Of a stretch of DNA of 64,000 bases, positions 12,986-25,886 are shown piece by piece (within the stretch, counting starts at the first letter, position 1; each line of letters begins with the position of its first letter). This DNA is from Cetorhinus maximus (lineage: Eukaryota). The translations under genes and the position numbers were made by a program. The notes beneath the pieces were generated by a model. That model saw nothing but the letters and a program-made list of their open reading frames with translations. It made no database searches and was not told the DNA's origin. The DNA lies in the NCBI RefSeq assembly GCF_964194155.1, contig NC_135881.1:117986001-118050000 (forward strand). The letters are read 5' to 3'.

Positions 12986-13923
12986 ATAAGGTTGCTAGAT
13001 CACAGCTAGAGCACTGCGTAGACTTCTAGTTACTGTATTACAGGAAGCATGTGATCAGACTAGAGAGGTACCGAAGATATTTATGAAGAGGGTGCCAGGA
13101 ATTGAGAGTTTTAGCTTTGAGGAAAGATTGGATAGGCTGGGGTTAATTTTTCTGGAACAGAGGAGGCTGAGGGGAGATTTAATTGAAGTGTATAAAATTA
13201 TGAGGGGCCTAGATATAGTGGATAGGGAGGACCAATTTCCCTTAGCATAGAGGTCAATAACCAAGAGGCATAAAGTTAAAATAATTGGCAGAAGAGTTAG
13301 AGGGGAGTTGAGGAGAATTTATTTTTCACCCAGAGGGTGATGGGGGTCTAGAACTCACTTCCAGAAAGAATGGTAGAGGCAGAAACCCTCATCACATTTA
13401 AAACAATACTTGGGTATGCACTTGAAGTTCTGTAACTTGCAACATTATTGACCAAGAGCTGGAGCTGGAAAGTGGGATTAGGCTGGATAGCTCTTTTTCA
13501 GCTAGCACAGACACAATGTGCCAAATGGCCTACTTCTGTGCTGTAAACTTTCTATGTTCCTATGCTCAATGCCCATGCGGTAAAGACAAGAATCCACCCT
13601 GAAGAATCTACATTTAAAATCATTGGAAAATCTTATTTCAATACGCATTTGGTGCTCTAATCTCATTATTGTTTGTACTTGTTCTTTTTTAAACTGTTCC
13701 TGGCATTGTACCCCTTCTTGACAAATGACACATCTCTTTTAAAAGCAGCTTTAAAGCAGTTGCATTGGAAACAAGATGGTCAGCATCTGGATTCCAAACA
13801 CTGTGACCACCCATTCTGCTGGAATACCATTGTATGCCTTAAACCAAATTTTATGCAGAAGCAGATTTAAACACTGAGGAATGTATGTGATGAGTTAATT
13901 CTTACAGTTCTTCTTCTCAACAG

Positions 13924-14061
13924 CAGTTGCTGCCACATCACAGGATTCTGAACTGGGATGGATCAGTGAATGCACTAAATCTCTACACATCACCATCATT
14001 ACCCAATATTACTCTGGGTCTCCCAGCTCCAGCTGTCTCATCTGCCTCCTCTCACATTAAC
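13924..14061 (+). CDS. HDAC9: Class IIa HDAC (HDAC9-like) internal coding exon, 138 bp, phase 0/0
   Basis: Acceptor TTCTTCTTCTCAACAG|, donor |GTATGT; encodes QLLPHHRILNWDGSVNALNLYTSPSLPNITLGLPAPAVSSASSHIN with the class IIa hallmark LYTSPSLPNITLGLPA. Confidence 0.92.
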
Positions 14062-15224
14062 GTATGTAATAATTATAGGCTAAAGGATAACTTAATCTCT
14101 CTAATCTGTAACATCAGTTGAAGTACATAATAATCCTATATGACCCGCAACAACGCGGTCAGCCATTATAGTACGGTTACCATACTTTAAACAAAAATTA
14201 CATCTCTGGTATGAGGCCACAGAGTAATGGGATCTATGCCAGTGGTTCCACACACACAGCTGAGATCTTAATCTCAGTTGGAAGAATTACCAAGTGGAGA
14301 CCAGGTGCTTGCCCACAGGACATGAGAGAGAATAATTCCTGGGCTGGTGTCATAGTGGTTGATTCAAAGAAAACCATTGGAGGACTGGGAGCAGACTACC
14401 CACTTGCTCTTTGAGATGTAGACCTTGCATTATAGAAATAATCCAGAGAAAGAGATTTTTTAAAAACTGAAGAAAGGTCGTCTTAGCCCCTCCACTGCAT
14501 AGACTTTCTAAAGTACTTTGGACTCAGTGAGACTTCTGAAACAAATAAAGAATTATTCAGCTAGTGGAGGTGTTATCCTTCTTCACAGTACCTGCAAGAT
14601 TTCCAGGCAGCAATGAGGAAGTATGGCCAGAGGCTGTCATGTCAAACCTTCACTGCACAATCCTTAGATTTCTTGGTGCTCACAGGGCATCCTCTTGGGC
14701 CATGCGCAGTGTCATGATGGTAATGAGGTGGAAGAAGACATTTCCAGCCTCTCACCTCTCTTTTCTGCAGCTCTGACTGTCAACTCCCCCAACGCATTGT
14801 TGCAACTTGTGCCTAGACCCCAAGGTCCAGAGTGGTCTTGGGGGAGGCCTGAAGGTTGAAGGCAAGCAACCTCAAAAGATCTTGCAGGTGCTTTCCTTAT
14901 TATGTCACAGGGTGATGGTCCTGAAACTGCTTGCCAGGTGCTTGCAGCTGCACTGCTATTTTCTACCCTGCTTTCCGATGCCATGACATACAGGGCATGG
15001 ACCTGCGCTGGAAGTATGTTCAGGCCATCCAAATAGCCCAGGACAGGAAATTTAAAGTTTCCTACCTTGGACAGGTATAGCATACTTTAGGTATATTGTG
15101 GCTATCAGACGTCCAGCAAGGAGGTAGACAGTGAACATTCACCCTGGTTTATTTTTCTATATCTTTAAGCTATTTATTTTTCTCCCTTAGTCCAATAAGA
15201 AATCCTGTCTTCCATGTACAAATG

Positions 15225-17965
15225 TCAAAAATAAAAACAGATAATGCTGGAAATACTCAGCAGGTCAGGCAGCATCTGTGGAGATCCATCGTAAGGTCAG
15301 AAGTCAGGATGTTCGCTGATGATTGCACAATGTTCAGCACTATTTGCAACTCCTTAGATACTGAAGTAGTCCATGTCCAAATACAGAAAGACCTGGACAA
15401 CATCCAGGCTTGGACTGATAAGTGGTAAGTGACATTTGTGCCACACAAGTGCCAGGCAATGGCCATCTCCAACAGGTGGGAATCTAACCATCATCATTCA
15501 CCAACTATTGAAATTCAATGGCATTACCATCGCTGAATCCCCCACTATTAACATCCTGGGGGTTACCATTGACCAGAAACTGAACTGGACTAGCCATATA
15601 AATACTGTGGCTACAAGGGCAGGTCAGAGGCTAGGAATCCTGGGGCAAGTATCTCACCTCCAGACTCCCCAAAGCCTGTCCACAATCTACAAGGCATAAT
15701 TCAGGAGTGTGATGGAATACTCTCCACTTGCCTGGATGAGTGCAGCTCCCACAACACACAAGAAGCTTGACACCATCCAGGACAAAGCAGCCCACTTGAC
15801 TGGCACCCCATCTGCAAACATTCACTTCCTCCACTGATGTACAGTGGCAACAGTGTGTACCATCTACAAGATGCACTACAGAAACAGACCAAGGTTCCTT
15901 AGATATCACCTTCCAAACCCATGGCCCCTACCATCTAGAAGGGCAAGGGCAGCAGATACATGGGAACACCACTGGAAGTTCCCCTCCAAGCCACTCACCA
16001 TCCTGACTGGGAAATATATCACCGTTCCTTCACTGTCGCTGGGTCAAAATCTTGGAATTTCCCCCCTAACAGCACTATGGGTGTTCCTACACCACATGGA
16101 CGGCAGCAGTTCAAGAAGGCAGCTCACCACCACCTTCTCAAGGGAAATTACAGATGGGCAATAAATGGTGGCCTAGCCAGCGAAGCCCACATCCCCTGAA
16201 TGAAAAAAAAGCGTTAACATTTAAGGCTGATGGCCCTTCATCAGAACTAAGGAAGGATAGAAATGTAATAGGCTTTGAGCAGCTGAAAGGGAAGAGGAGG
16301 AGAGGAAGAACAAAAGGAAAAATCTGTGATATGGTGGAGGACAGGAGAGATTAAACAATCAAAGCTTGCATGGTGCAAAAGCCAAAGGGAGTGGTAATGG
16401 GTGTAGTAAAGAAACAAAAGACATGTCTAGATGAGGTGTGAATGGCTGCATGGCAGCCGTCAGAATGCAGAGTGAAGGAATAAAGAAATAAATGAGAAAA
16501 AGCTGAACCAGCGAACATAAAAAGAAACAAAACCGAGGCAGAGGTTATGGTCTTGTTGAACTCATTGTTGAATTCATTGTTGAGTCCAGAAGGCTGTAGA
16601 GTGCCAAGATGCAAGGTTAAGTGCTGTTCCTCAAATTTGAGTTGAGCTTCATTGGAACACTGCAGCAGGCCATGGATAGAAAGGTCAGAGTGAAAGCAAG
16701 GTGGAGAATTGAAATGACAAGTGACAGGAAGCTCAGGGTCATGCTAGCAGACTGAATGGAGGTGTACAGCAAAGTGTTCACTCATGCTGCGTTTGGTCTC
16801 CCTGATGTGGATGAAACCACATTGAGAGTAGCGAATACAGTATATTAAATTGAAAGAAGTACAATAAGTCACTGTTACACTTGGAAAGAGTGTTTGGGGT
16901 TTTGGATAGTGAGAAGGGATGAGGTGAATGGGCAGTTGTTGCAACTTCTGTGCTTGCATGGAAAGGAACCATAGGATAGGGAAAAGATGTTGGGGGTGAC
17001 TGAGGAGTAGACCAGGAAGTCATAGAGGGAATGATCCTTTTAGAATGTTGAAAGGGGAGAGCAGGGGAAGATGTGTTTGGTGGTACATGGGATCACGCTT
17101 GAGGTGGTGAAAATGGTGGAGTATAATCCATTGGATAAAGAGGCAGAACATAGGATGAAAGCTGGGGAATGGGGGAACCATCATGGTTCTGGAAAGAAGG
17201 AGAAAAGGTGATAGCAGAAATTGAGAAAGTTCAATGGGGCAGAGACTGGCTGAAATGATGGGTCAACCTAGGCAATCCTGTTTCTGGATTTTGGGAAGGA
17301 GGTAGAAGTAGGCTGTACATATGTGGGGGATTATGAGGCCGGAGGCTATGGGGGGAATATCTCCAGCGGAAATGAGATCAGTGACAATCTGGATAAAATA
17401 GCTTGATGTTCGGTCGTGGTGTCATGGTCGAGGGTGAGGTAGGAGAAATTGTCTGAGAGTAGACCTTCGGCTCTGCTAGTTAAAGACACCAGGCAATCAA
17501 GGAACCACCCTTGTCAGCAAATTTGACAATAATATTAGGGTTGGACCTGAGAGAACAAAGTGCTACATGTTCAGAGGAAGATAGGTTGGAGTGAGTGAGG
17601 GGAGCAGAGAATTTGAGACATCCAATGTCATGCCAGCAGTTCTCAATGAAAAGATCCATAGAAGGTGAAGGGCCAAAGGGAGGTGTCCTGGCAGAGGAAG
17701 AATACTAGAGATGGGTGAAAGGGTCCGCTAACTGGAGGGAAGACTCTGGCCAAAGAAGTGAGCACAGAGGTGGAGGTGACAGAATAAGAGCTCCATTTCA
17801 TGCCAAGTTCGAAATTCACTGAGGTGAGGGCATAAGGGAACGAAGCTGAGACCTTTGCTGAGGACAGATCATTTAGAGTCAGAGAGGGGAAGGTAACAAT
17901 CAAGAGCTGCTTAACATGGGAACTGTAAACATTTGGTCTGGAACAATGCCAACAACCATCAACTT
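15225..17965 (-). mobile_element. Penelope-like retroelement (Neptune-type), internally deleted, pLTR split by a LINE
   Basis: Minus-strand translation gives VLSKGLSFVP (~17850), LRSNPNIIVKFADKGG (DKG motif, ~17530), GIY-YIG remnant NLIYCIRYSQCGFIHIRETKR (~16800) and HLGTLQPSGLNNEF; degenerate hammerhead motif at 16212-16249. Confidence 0.85.
15285..16210 (+). mobile_element. 5'-truncated non-LTR retrotransposon (CR1/L2/Jockey group, distinct from the main CR1 family)
   Basis: MFADDCT, LGVTIDQKLNWTSHIN, MEYSPLAW, LDTIQDKAA; ends AATAAATGGTGGCC...TGAATGAAAAAAAA. Confidence 0.85.
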
Positions 17966-17967
17966 CA

Positions 17968-18696
17968 GGCTGTGGAGGCAGGATCAGAGGCAGACGGGCC
18001 CTTAATTTCCCACCAACAGGCATCATGCCGATCTCCATTATGGTCCCATCTCTGGGTCATTTTCAATCTAGGAGGATTGGGGGGGTGACAGCTAGCCTCC
18101 AACAAGTGGCGAGCAGCCCATTAGGCCAACTAAAAGGTCTATTGAGGTCAAGCTCCAAATGCCATCTGGAATTTTCCAGTTAGCACATGGGCCCCCCATT
18201 AAGGCAGAAACACAGCCAAGTCATGGAGGCAGTCTCCTCGGGATGGATTGAGAGGGGAGGGGTAGTGGGGGTGAGGCAGCACTTCATCCACCCCCAAATC
18301 CCCACCTTGGCATTCACCATAGCCATCAGGCCACAGCTGCGGCCGCTGACCATTCAGTGGAGTGCTTGCTTCCCGGCAATGATGGCCTGGCAGCTATGGC
18401 CTTTTTTACTGTGAAAAATCACTTCAGAAGATCCCTCTGTCTCTCTCTCTCTCTCTCTCTTTACCCCACCTACATCAGCAGCTCCCGTCTCTACCAATCA
18501 GGCTGCCAGTCTATGAATGCTGGAAGGCCTCCTATTGGACCCCCAGCCATGGGAGCTCACCCATCGTTTTTAATTGGATGGGAGTTCTGAAAGCCATTTA
18601 ATTGGCCACCTCCTCAAAAGTGACTTTCTGGGTCCTGACCTAGGTATGTGTGGAATCCCAAACCACATTTCCTCCTGACAGCAGAAATTCAGCCCC
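17968..18696. mobile_element. Harbinger-type MITE, degraded, containing a (CT)n microsatellite
   Basis: Right terminus GAAATTCAGCCC; internal motifs (TTAATTGG, GGAATTTTCC) shared with other MITEs; left end uncertain. Confidence 0.45.
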
Positions 18697-20239
18697 ACAT
18701 TTTTCGAAATTGGTTCAAACATACAGTATAGAGGGAAATTGGTCTTCAATGATAGTGCAAAATGGGCAAGAGCAAATTGTCAGCCCTCTTTGCACCCTCT
18801 TCGATTTTTTTTTCCAATTTCACCCCTATCTGTTTTATGTTTGAAACTTTTAAGTGACGATGAGGTTGAAAACAATAGCGGGTTGGACGTCCTGAATTTT
18901 CACTGTGCAGTGGTCCTGTGTTATGCTTCTTATAGTTACAGACCAACATAGCCCTTTTAAATTTATTTGTTTGTGCAAAGGTAAAAGTTTCAGACTAGCC
19001 TCCAACCTATTCAGCCATTCTGATAGTTTTCCACCACAAGTCTGGCAGGAGCTTGGCAGAATGGTTGCACTTAGGTTGATCCAATTCACACCAGCCCCTA
19101 ACTTTCTCTGGTGTTAACTCTCTTGACGCAGTGCAAAGTCAGTGATGTGGAGAGGGGAGGCATAGAGTGGAAGACATTGGGAGTCCTGTGATCTTGGCCT
19201 ACAAAAAGATAAGAATTTCTTTGGAAGCCAGTAAGAAGAGGCATACCAGCTTTTTCCAAGGCAAATATGGGGACGACTTTGGGGGTCAGGGGCATGGAAG
19301 TGATCTAGGCTCCCGAAGACCTAATAAAGTAACATTTCTTTCAGTGTTTCATGTGGCCCCTTGAAACGGAGCTGCTGGAGGCTGAAAGCAACTTTCTGAC
19401 CAGAGACTCCAACATTTCCTCTCCTGTTCTTCCATGACTTAACAGTAACACTGCATTTGTAGCATCCCAGGATAAGTTGGGTGCACAGGATTGGCCTGGA
19501 CATCAGTTGCTTTATTGCAATGATGTGACATCACAATACTGTACACATTCCAACCAGGTCAGCACGAGAGGCTACCAGGAGGTGTGGGCCTGATATAATT
19601 GCCAAGACTGTGGCCCAGGAATTTTCAGGCTTTCTGATTAAATATAAACACTTTTGACTTTTTTATATAAATTACTGAATGTATTTATCTATTGTGTGTG
19701 TGTTTGGAGTAATGTCTCCACATATATAAATGGCTAATGCTCTGGTCCCAATGGGCCAACCACTGTTGTTTATAAGGGCCTTTCAGCAGTGGCTGCTTCA
19801 TCTAGCCTTGCAAGAGAGACTGGTCCACCATCATTCCACCAGAGGCCTTTCAGGCCAGAGGCAAATGCAAACTGCACCAACCTTCAACTGAAAGAAGCCA
19901 TGTTGCCTGAAGTCATGAGGTGATCAATCTCCTTTGGGAACTATTGCCTTAGTCTGAGTATGGTTGTGGCCTATCAAAAAGCCTGAAATGGTTTTGTGCC
20001 AGTTCTCAAACTTTTAAAGATGGAATTCTGAAGGGAGCCCAAGAATGCACTCTCTTCCCCTGACCTGCCTGCTTGATTGAGGGTATGGGGTGGGGGACGG
20101 GGTGCTGGGGAATCTAGCAGATGTTCCGTTATTTTTGCAGAAATTATTACAATGGCAAAGAAAAACAAATTCTATTAAACTACATCCAAGGTATAAATTG
20201 CAACTTAAGTATTAATTTAAAAATAAACATTTGTTATAG

Positions 20240-20450
20240 GCCTCAACAACAAACCAAAATACCGACAGACATACCATGCAGGGATTGAATCAGGGAACAG
20301 CCCTTCCTGGACAGTTCAGAGGAAGTATTCCCTTATCTGCTTACTTGCCACCTGCTCCTTTTGATGGGAAGGTTAACAGCACCCATCATGCTCTGCTACA
20401 GCACGTACTTCTGATGGAACAGGCTCGAAAACAGAGTCCCCTCACAACTG
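20240..20450 (+). CDS. HDAC9: HDAC9-like coding exon, 211 bp, phase 0/1
   Basis: Acceptor TTTGTTATAG|, donor |GTGAGT; encodes ASTTNQNTDRHTMQGLNQGTALPGQFRGSIPLS...STHHALLQHVLLMEQARKQSPLTT(G). Confidence 0.92.
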
Positions 20451-22379
20451 GTGAGTTGAATTTGTAACTGAAACTTTTGGATTCTAACTGAAAGTTTGCA
20501 CTTTGCTGAGATTATTTATGTTCACTTGTGAGTTAATTTTGCAAGAGGGGCTTCTGTAAGTTGGAATTATATATTTGATTCAGAATTAATGTGTTTCAGA
20601 ATTATCACATGCGAGTGAGATTTCTACCCTGTATCTTGCTTAATGAAATGATAAACCTAAATAAAGTTAGGGTTTTTTAATATAGTGTGCAGAGAGAAAA
20701 TCTTCCCTCGCCCCTTTCTGAGATAATTTATGGACTACATCATTTTTAACAAATGGGCTGATGAGTTTGACTATTGAAAATTCTTAATTGCATACAATGA
20801 GGTTATGGGTTTTTTAAATTGCCAGGGAAACTAGACTGCACAGCCTCATAACTTGCAAGATTTATTTTCAAATGAATTAGTTGAAAACTCAGCAGTTTAG
20901 AAAGTCAACCACACTGTTCCTGATTTGAAAGCGTGATTTGGATGCCATAAGCCCTCACATTGGTGTGCAGAGTGTGCAGAGTCCAGCATATTGGATCAGG
21001 TTGCTTAGTAGGCATCAAGGGTGGGCTCCAGAAGCATTTAAAATGCCCAATTTTAATATTCAAGTAAGGGTCTGCCTCTACACTTGACTTGCTACATGAT
21101 AAACACATCCAACAAATCATGGCACTAACAGATAGCAAGGCCCTGCAGGTGCATCATTTCAAGGGCTCATCCACTCCATACAGATGTTTTACTGGTTTGT
21201 CCTCTTAAGCTGCTGGTCAACTTCTGGACCTTTTTTTGGCTATTACCTGTGTTCTACAGTTGAATTCTGGCTTCAATGAAGAAATCTGCACTGGTGCTTG
21301 ACTGCTTTGTAAACTGTTGGATTGTAGTTATGGGTGGTCAAGTAGGTCTGCCTGTGAGGCTGGAGGAGGAGGGGCATCAGCTAAGAAGGCTGGAGAGAGC
21401 AGGAGCAGTAGGGAAAAATAGGAAGAGGAAGCCACTGTCAGGAGGCCAGGCTCACTGCATGCCTTCAGGAAGCACTTCTCATACCTCAGCTTCACCCATG
21501 TCATTGTGAATATCTGTGCCTGGTTTCTGGCAGCAGCTGGAATGAAAATCCGGCCATTCTGGACTGTTTCTCCTGAGGTGGATTTGGCAAGTTGGAAAAT
21601 TTTCTGACCCTGCGCACCCGCCTCAAAGGAGAAGATCTGGGCCAGAATAGGTGAACCAGGGAGGGAAGGAGGATTGCCCAGGATTCATGTTCGCATTCAC
21701 TAATCATTGGCCTCTCCAGAAGATACTTGTAAATGGATGTTTGGAAATGATGGGCTTGGGGGCTTGGGGCGATGGGGGAGGGGGGCGTATGGTGTGGGGA
21801 TGTAAATCTTCAGTGCCTGGGTGCAGTCCAAAGAGGAAGATTGGCTGGGGTGGTTGCAAACATGTAACAGAGCCTGCCCAATTTTCCTTCTATTTGAATT
21901 AACAGAAACAAAATCAGATATGAGAGGCATGGAATCTTTTACCAGATTTCCTGCCTGCATTGTAGCAGATCATGTTTTACAGCCAGGCTTTAAAGAGGAA
22001 CATTTATTTCACTATCCAAAGCCTGAGGAACCATAAGCCAACAGGAGACATTACTCCTTGGAGAAATGAGATAAAAGAGAAAGACCTGAGTAAAGAAAGA
22101 AGAGTGCAGATTGAATATTACAGTGGGTTGAACATTGTGCATGAACATCTGGAACATGGGTACAAATTCAGCCAAAACTGAGAGCGTGAAAGTTTTCTGA
22201 TTTTATAAGATGCAATGATCTGAAATGAAAGGAATTTATGGAATTTTAGGCCATTGTCTAATTTGGCACTAATTGGCGCGAAAGAACTACACCCTTCTTT
22301 TGAAAGGCCATAAGATAATTGACATGGAAAATGTAAGTGGTAAAGTAGTGATTGGCCTTATAAGATTGAAAAAAACATT

Positions 22380-23031
22380 GGACTGAATTTTACACTGGGT
22401 GTGGTGTTCCTACCCCTAAGTGTAAAAGTCGGGGGCAAGCCTGCCCCTGCTTGGCCAGCTTGCTCCACACCCATCTAACAGATGTTGGACTGTTGAAGTA
22501 GGCCTCTGACCCGTCGGGGAGGAAGTCCTGTCTCTGAGAACTGCTGGCATTCAAACAACTTGCAGCTCTCTTGGCCCAGCAGCACCTCCAAGAGAGGTGG
22601 CCACTGCTTGAACTACAGGCAGTCCCCTGAAGAAGAGGAGAGAAAGTTAAATCCAGGATCTTGCCAGTGCAAGGCTGGCATGCCCTGGCAAGCATTATGG
22701 GGGCCCGGCATGCCCAAGGTTTGGGGGGATGGGAAACACAGTTTCACCTGATGGACTGGATACTCGGTGCTGGCTTCCCCTGCCATGGGTAAAATCCCAG
22801 CATTGACAGGAGGAGCCACTTTAGTGTCCATTAATTGTCCATTTAAGGACCTCAATTAGCCCATGGATGAGTTGGCTGCCTGCCACTAGTAAAATTTTGC
22901 CAGGGGTGATCTGGGCAGGGGTGGGTAGGTTATAAGCATGGTGCCACTTCAATGGTGCCAAATTTTACAGCCCCTTGTCCCCCTCCCCCTGCCTGCCATC
23001 CCGCCCCTCATCAGGCTGTAAAATTCTGGCC
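22380..23031. mobile_element. Harbinger-type MITE
   Basis: TIRs GGACTGAATTTTAC / GTAAAATTCTGGCC (12 of 14 match); TSD ATT at 22377-22379 and 23032-23034. Confidence 0.8.
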
Positions 23032-23314
23032 ATTGATGAAAAAAGAAGGGCATTTTACCGGCATTGGTAACACTCAACGAGAATAGTATCTTACCTGTCT
23101 CTGAAAATAGGAGAGTCACAGGCATTGAACACTTGTGTTAAAGTGCATCCTAAACCTGACTGATGACTTGGCAGCTTGTCCCACTATCACAACAGTTGGA
23201 CTTTTAGAAAGGCTCAAAACGTTGGGAATGGTTATAAAATTGGCTAAAAGAAATACTTACACTTACATAGCATCCTTCACAACCACCAGACATCTCAAAG
23301 CACTTTACAATATT

Positions 23315-24030
23315 GCAGTGGTATTTGCCACTAACAGGATGCTGCCGTCAACCAAAGAGACATTCTGCCTATCACACAAATGTGTAATGCGGTAAATGAA
23401 TTTCAGTGCCAGTATGATAGGTAGGCCGTAAGTCCGAAAAACTGGCGGATCGTATTAAACATCATGTCCCTTCCGCTGTGCACAATGGTCAAGGTTCAGA
23501 CCATACCCAAACAGCCTGTGCTTACAAAACTCAAAACACAGTGTCCAACATTAGATTTGATTCTGTGATTGGACAACATTTGCTAAATAATCCTCAATCT
23601 GCTAAGAATTACGCCGGCAACCAATTTAAGATTGTCAGTCGAGCTCGCAGTGTGGTTCACTTGCGAGTACTGGAAGCTACGTATATTAACACACAGGGCT
23701 CTGTTCTTTGCAGACAGAAAGAACATGTATGCACATTGCGCCTGTTTCAGCTAACCAAAATAAATGATAGCCATTCGCTGGTTCATTCCTCAGGGCAATG
23801 CCTTAACCAATCAGAGTCAAACAATGCTTAGCAGTTAACTGTCAGTCACCATTAACTGGTACATTCTCCATGTCAACGCCTCTATCAATCAATGTCCACT
23901 TGCCAACCAATCAGCACTGTGTCATACAGTATAAAGTTGTTGCTTCCCTGACATTGGTATTCTTGTGATTGTCCTGATGAGTGCAAGACGGACAGCTTCA
24001 ACAAAATGTATTTTTTCAGCAATACTCACA
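23315..24030 (+). mobile_element. Penelope-like retroelement 3' fragment (GIY-YIG domain + 3' UTR with decayed hammerhead)
   Basis: ORF 23478-23831 SVIGQHLLNNP...FKIVSRARSVVHLRVLEATYI...LCRQKE, with upstream EFQCQ..GR...LADRIKHH; motif TTGTC-CTGATGA-GTGCAAGAC-GGAC-AGCT-TC-AACAA at 23969-24004. Confidence 0.85.
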
Positions 24031-24130
24031 CTGAAAAATATTCATCCTACATAGCTACCACTTATTAGTCACATGAGAAATGTTTTGGTTTTGCCTGTAT
24101 TGGTTTTGCTAATGTCTAAGTTGTGTCAAT

Positions 24131-24798
24131 GGGAAAAATTTGCCCCCTGTCGAGGGGGGAAGTGCAGGACCGGGTGCGGGCAGGCCCGCCTCCAATCGGT
24201 ACCCTTGATTGGGGGCGCGCCACCATTTTACGTGGGCGGGCCAATTAAGGCCTGCCCAGTGTGATGTCCACCAGGAAGCGTTATGTGCTGCCTGTGTGGG
24301 TGGGGGGGGGGTTCCCTCAGCCGGGAGTGCGCTCTTTTGCACATGCGCACGAAAGAGCGCACTCAACTCCCTGAGGCTAAGTGCTGCTTCACGGAGATTT
24401 AAAAATGTTAAACAAATGATAGTAAGATTTCCCTGATATGTCCCCTCATGTGACACTGTCACATGAGTTGGGACATGTCCATCATTTTTACTGAAACTTT
24501 TATTAAATTTTTTAAAACCCTCATCCCGCCCGTGGATGAGGTTTCATGCATTTCCTTAAGCCCGCCAGGGCTCCTGGCCTGCCCACCAACCCTAAGGCAG
24601 GTCCATTAATTGTGTCAATTACTTTTTAAATGGCCTCATTAGGCCATTGACAGATCGGCGGGCGCACAGCTGATTTGGCTGTGCCCTCGCTTACCTGAAA
24701 ATGGAAATGACGGGGGGTGACGTTGGGAGTTCCACTCCACGTCATCTCGCGTCGGCGAGTGGGCCCCGCCCCTGCTCGTCGACTGGAAGATCCTCCCC
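24131..24798. mobile_element. Harbinger-type MITE
   Basis: Termini GGGAAAAATTTGCC / GGAAGATCCTCCCC; TSD AAT at 24128-24130 and 24799-24801; second copy at 5008-5605. Confidence 0.8.
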
Positions 24799-25374
24799 AA
24801 TGAAAATTGGACAATTATTATTTAAGGATTCAGATCATATGAAGGCTGTAACAGATTTGAGAACAACTGAAGAATCCACACTACCTAAGCAAATGCAGGG
24901 AAGCTTGATTCAATCAAGCTTCGTTCAGTAGAACCTTTTAACAAACAATGGGCCAGATTTTTGCCATGACAGAGGCTTTCCCAGAAATTGCTAAAAATTC
25001 TAAGTCCCACTCTCAAACCCAGCATTTCCCATCTTTGTAGGGGTGGGACTGAAGTCAGGCTGGGGTTCATGCAAGTGTGACTCACGGAGGCAGCTGGCCA
25101 TCTAAGTCACCAGCTGCCTCCATTGAAGTGTAATTCTGGTAGGCCAGGATGTGAAACCAAGAGTGTGCAGATTAGAACAGGTAAGAGGAGGTTTGAATTT
25201 GGTGGAGTCATTTGGATTGCCAAAGTACCCCTTTGGAGAGGTAAGGTATTCCTTTGGGTAGGGTCCCAGGTCACCTTTGCGAGATGTTATGCACCCTTTA
25301 GGGAGTTAAGGTACCCTTTGCAATAGTTAAAATTAAACATGATTATGCGCTTTTTATGCATAAGCCCATTGGAA

Positions 25375-25469
25375 TTGTCAAGCTGTCAAAGCACTGTCCA
25401 GCTGTCAAATAACTGTCCAGCTGTTAAAGAACTATCCAGCTCTCAAAGGGCTGTCCAGCTGTCAAGGAA
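25375..25469. repeat. 19-bp tandem repeat, 5 copies (CTGTCCAGCTGTCAAAGNA)
   Basis: Read directly from the sequence; two more decayed units extend to ~25525. Confidence 0.85.
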
Positions 25470-25886
25470 CCGTTGAGGAAGTATCAGAGCTCGCAATGAA
25501 GTGTCAAAGCTGTCAAGGAAGTGTCCAAGGATGCTAGGTGAGTTGGCATGGTGGGGCTAAGAGCAAAGTGGGGGACATAGGTTGGCATTGGTGGTGTGAG
25601 GGATCATGGGTGTGGGTGGGGGCATAGGCATGGATAGCACATGGAGAGTGTGTGGGGGGTTGAGAGGTGAGGGCTGATTTTGTTTAAATCTTTTATGTTA
25701 TTTATTTATTTATTTAAACACTGTGCCAGTGCACCAAGGCAGGCCTTCCACCCAGCCCACTATCACATCAGGCCTTCAGTAAACTGTAATCTTCAGTAAC
25801 CAATCAGACCTTCAATAAACATATTTAAAGGCCGCCCCTGCACAGAACTAGCACTCTTCAAGGGATTAGAAGCTGCTGCGAACTAA

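Larger units (their letters stand above)
10680..13562 (+). mobile_element. Fragmented + strand CR1 LINE(s) interrupted by later insertions
   Basis: RT fragments (SQH.FVKG..CLT.L, KDFQKVFDTV.H); the coding context broken near 11845 resumes near 12995; 3' tail TTCTATGTTCCTATG at ~13550. Confidence 0.75.

Noticed and set aside
14560-15110. Possible further Harbinger remnants (also 19080-19630 and 20905-21650)
   Set aside because: Only faint Myb-, transposase- or TIR-like traces; boundaries could not be defined by eye.
24900-24922. Palindrome GAAGCTTGATT-C-AATCAAGCTTC
   Set aside because: A single short inverted repeat between two transposons with no TSD or further structure; function cannot be supported.
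25375-25525. Regularly spaced repeats resembling a CRISPR array
   Set aside because: Head-to-tail 19-bp units with no unique spacers, in eukaryotic DNA with no cas genes.
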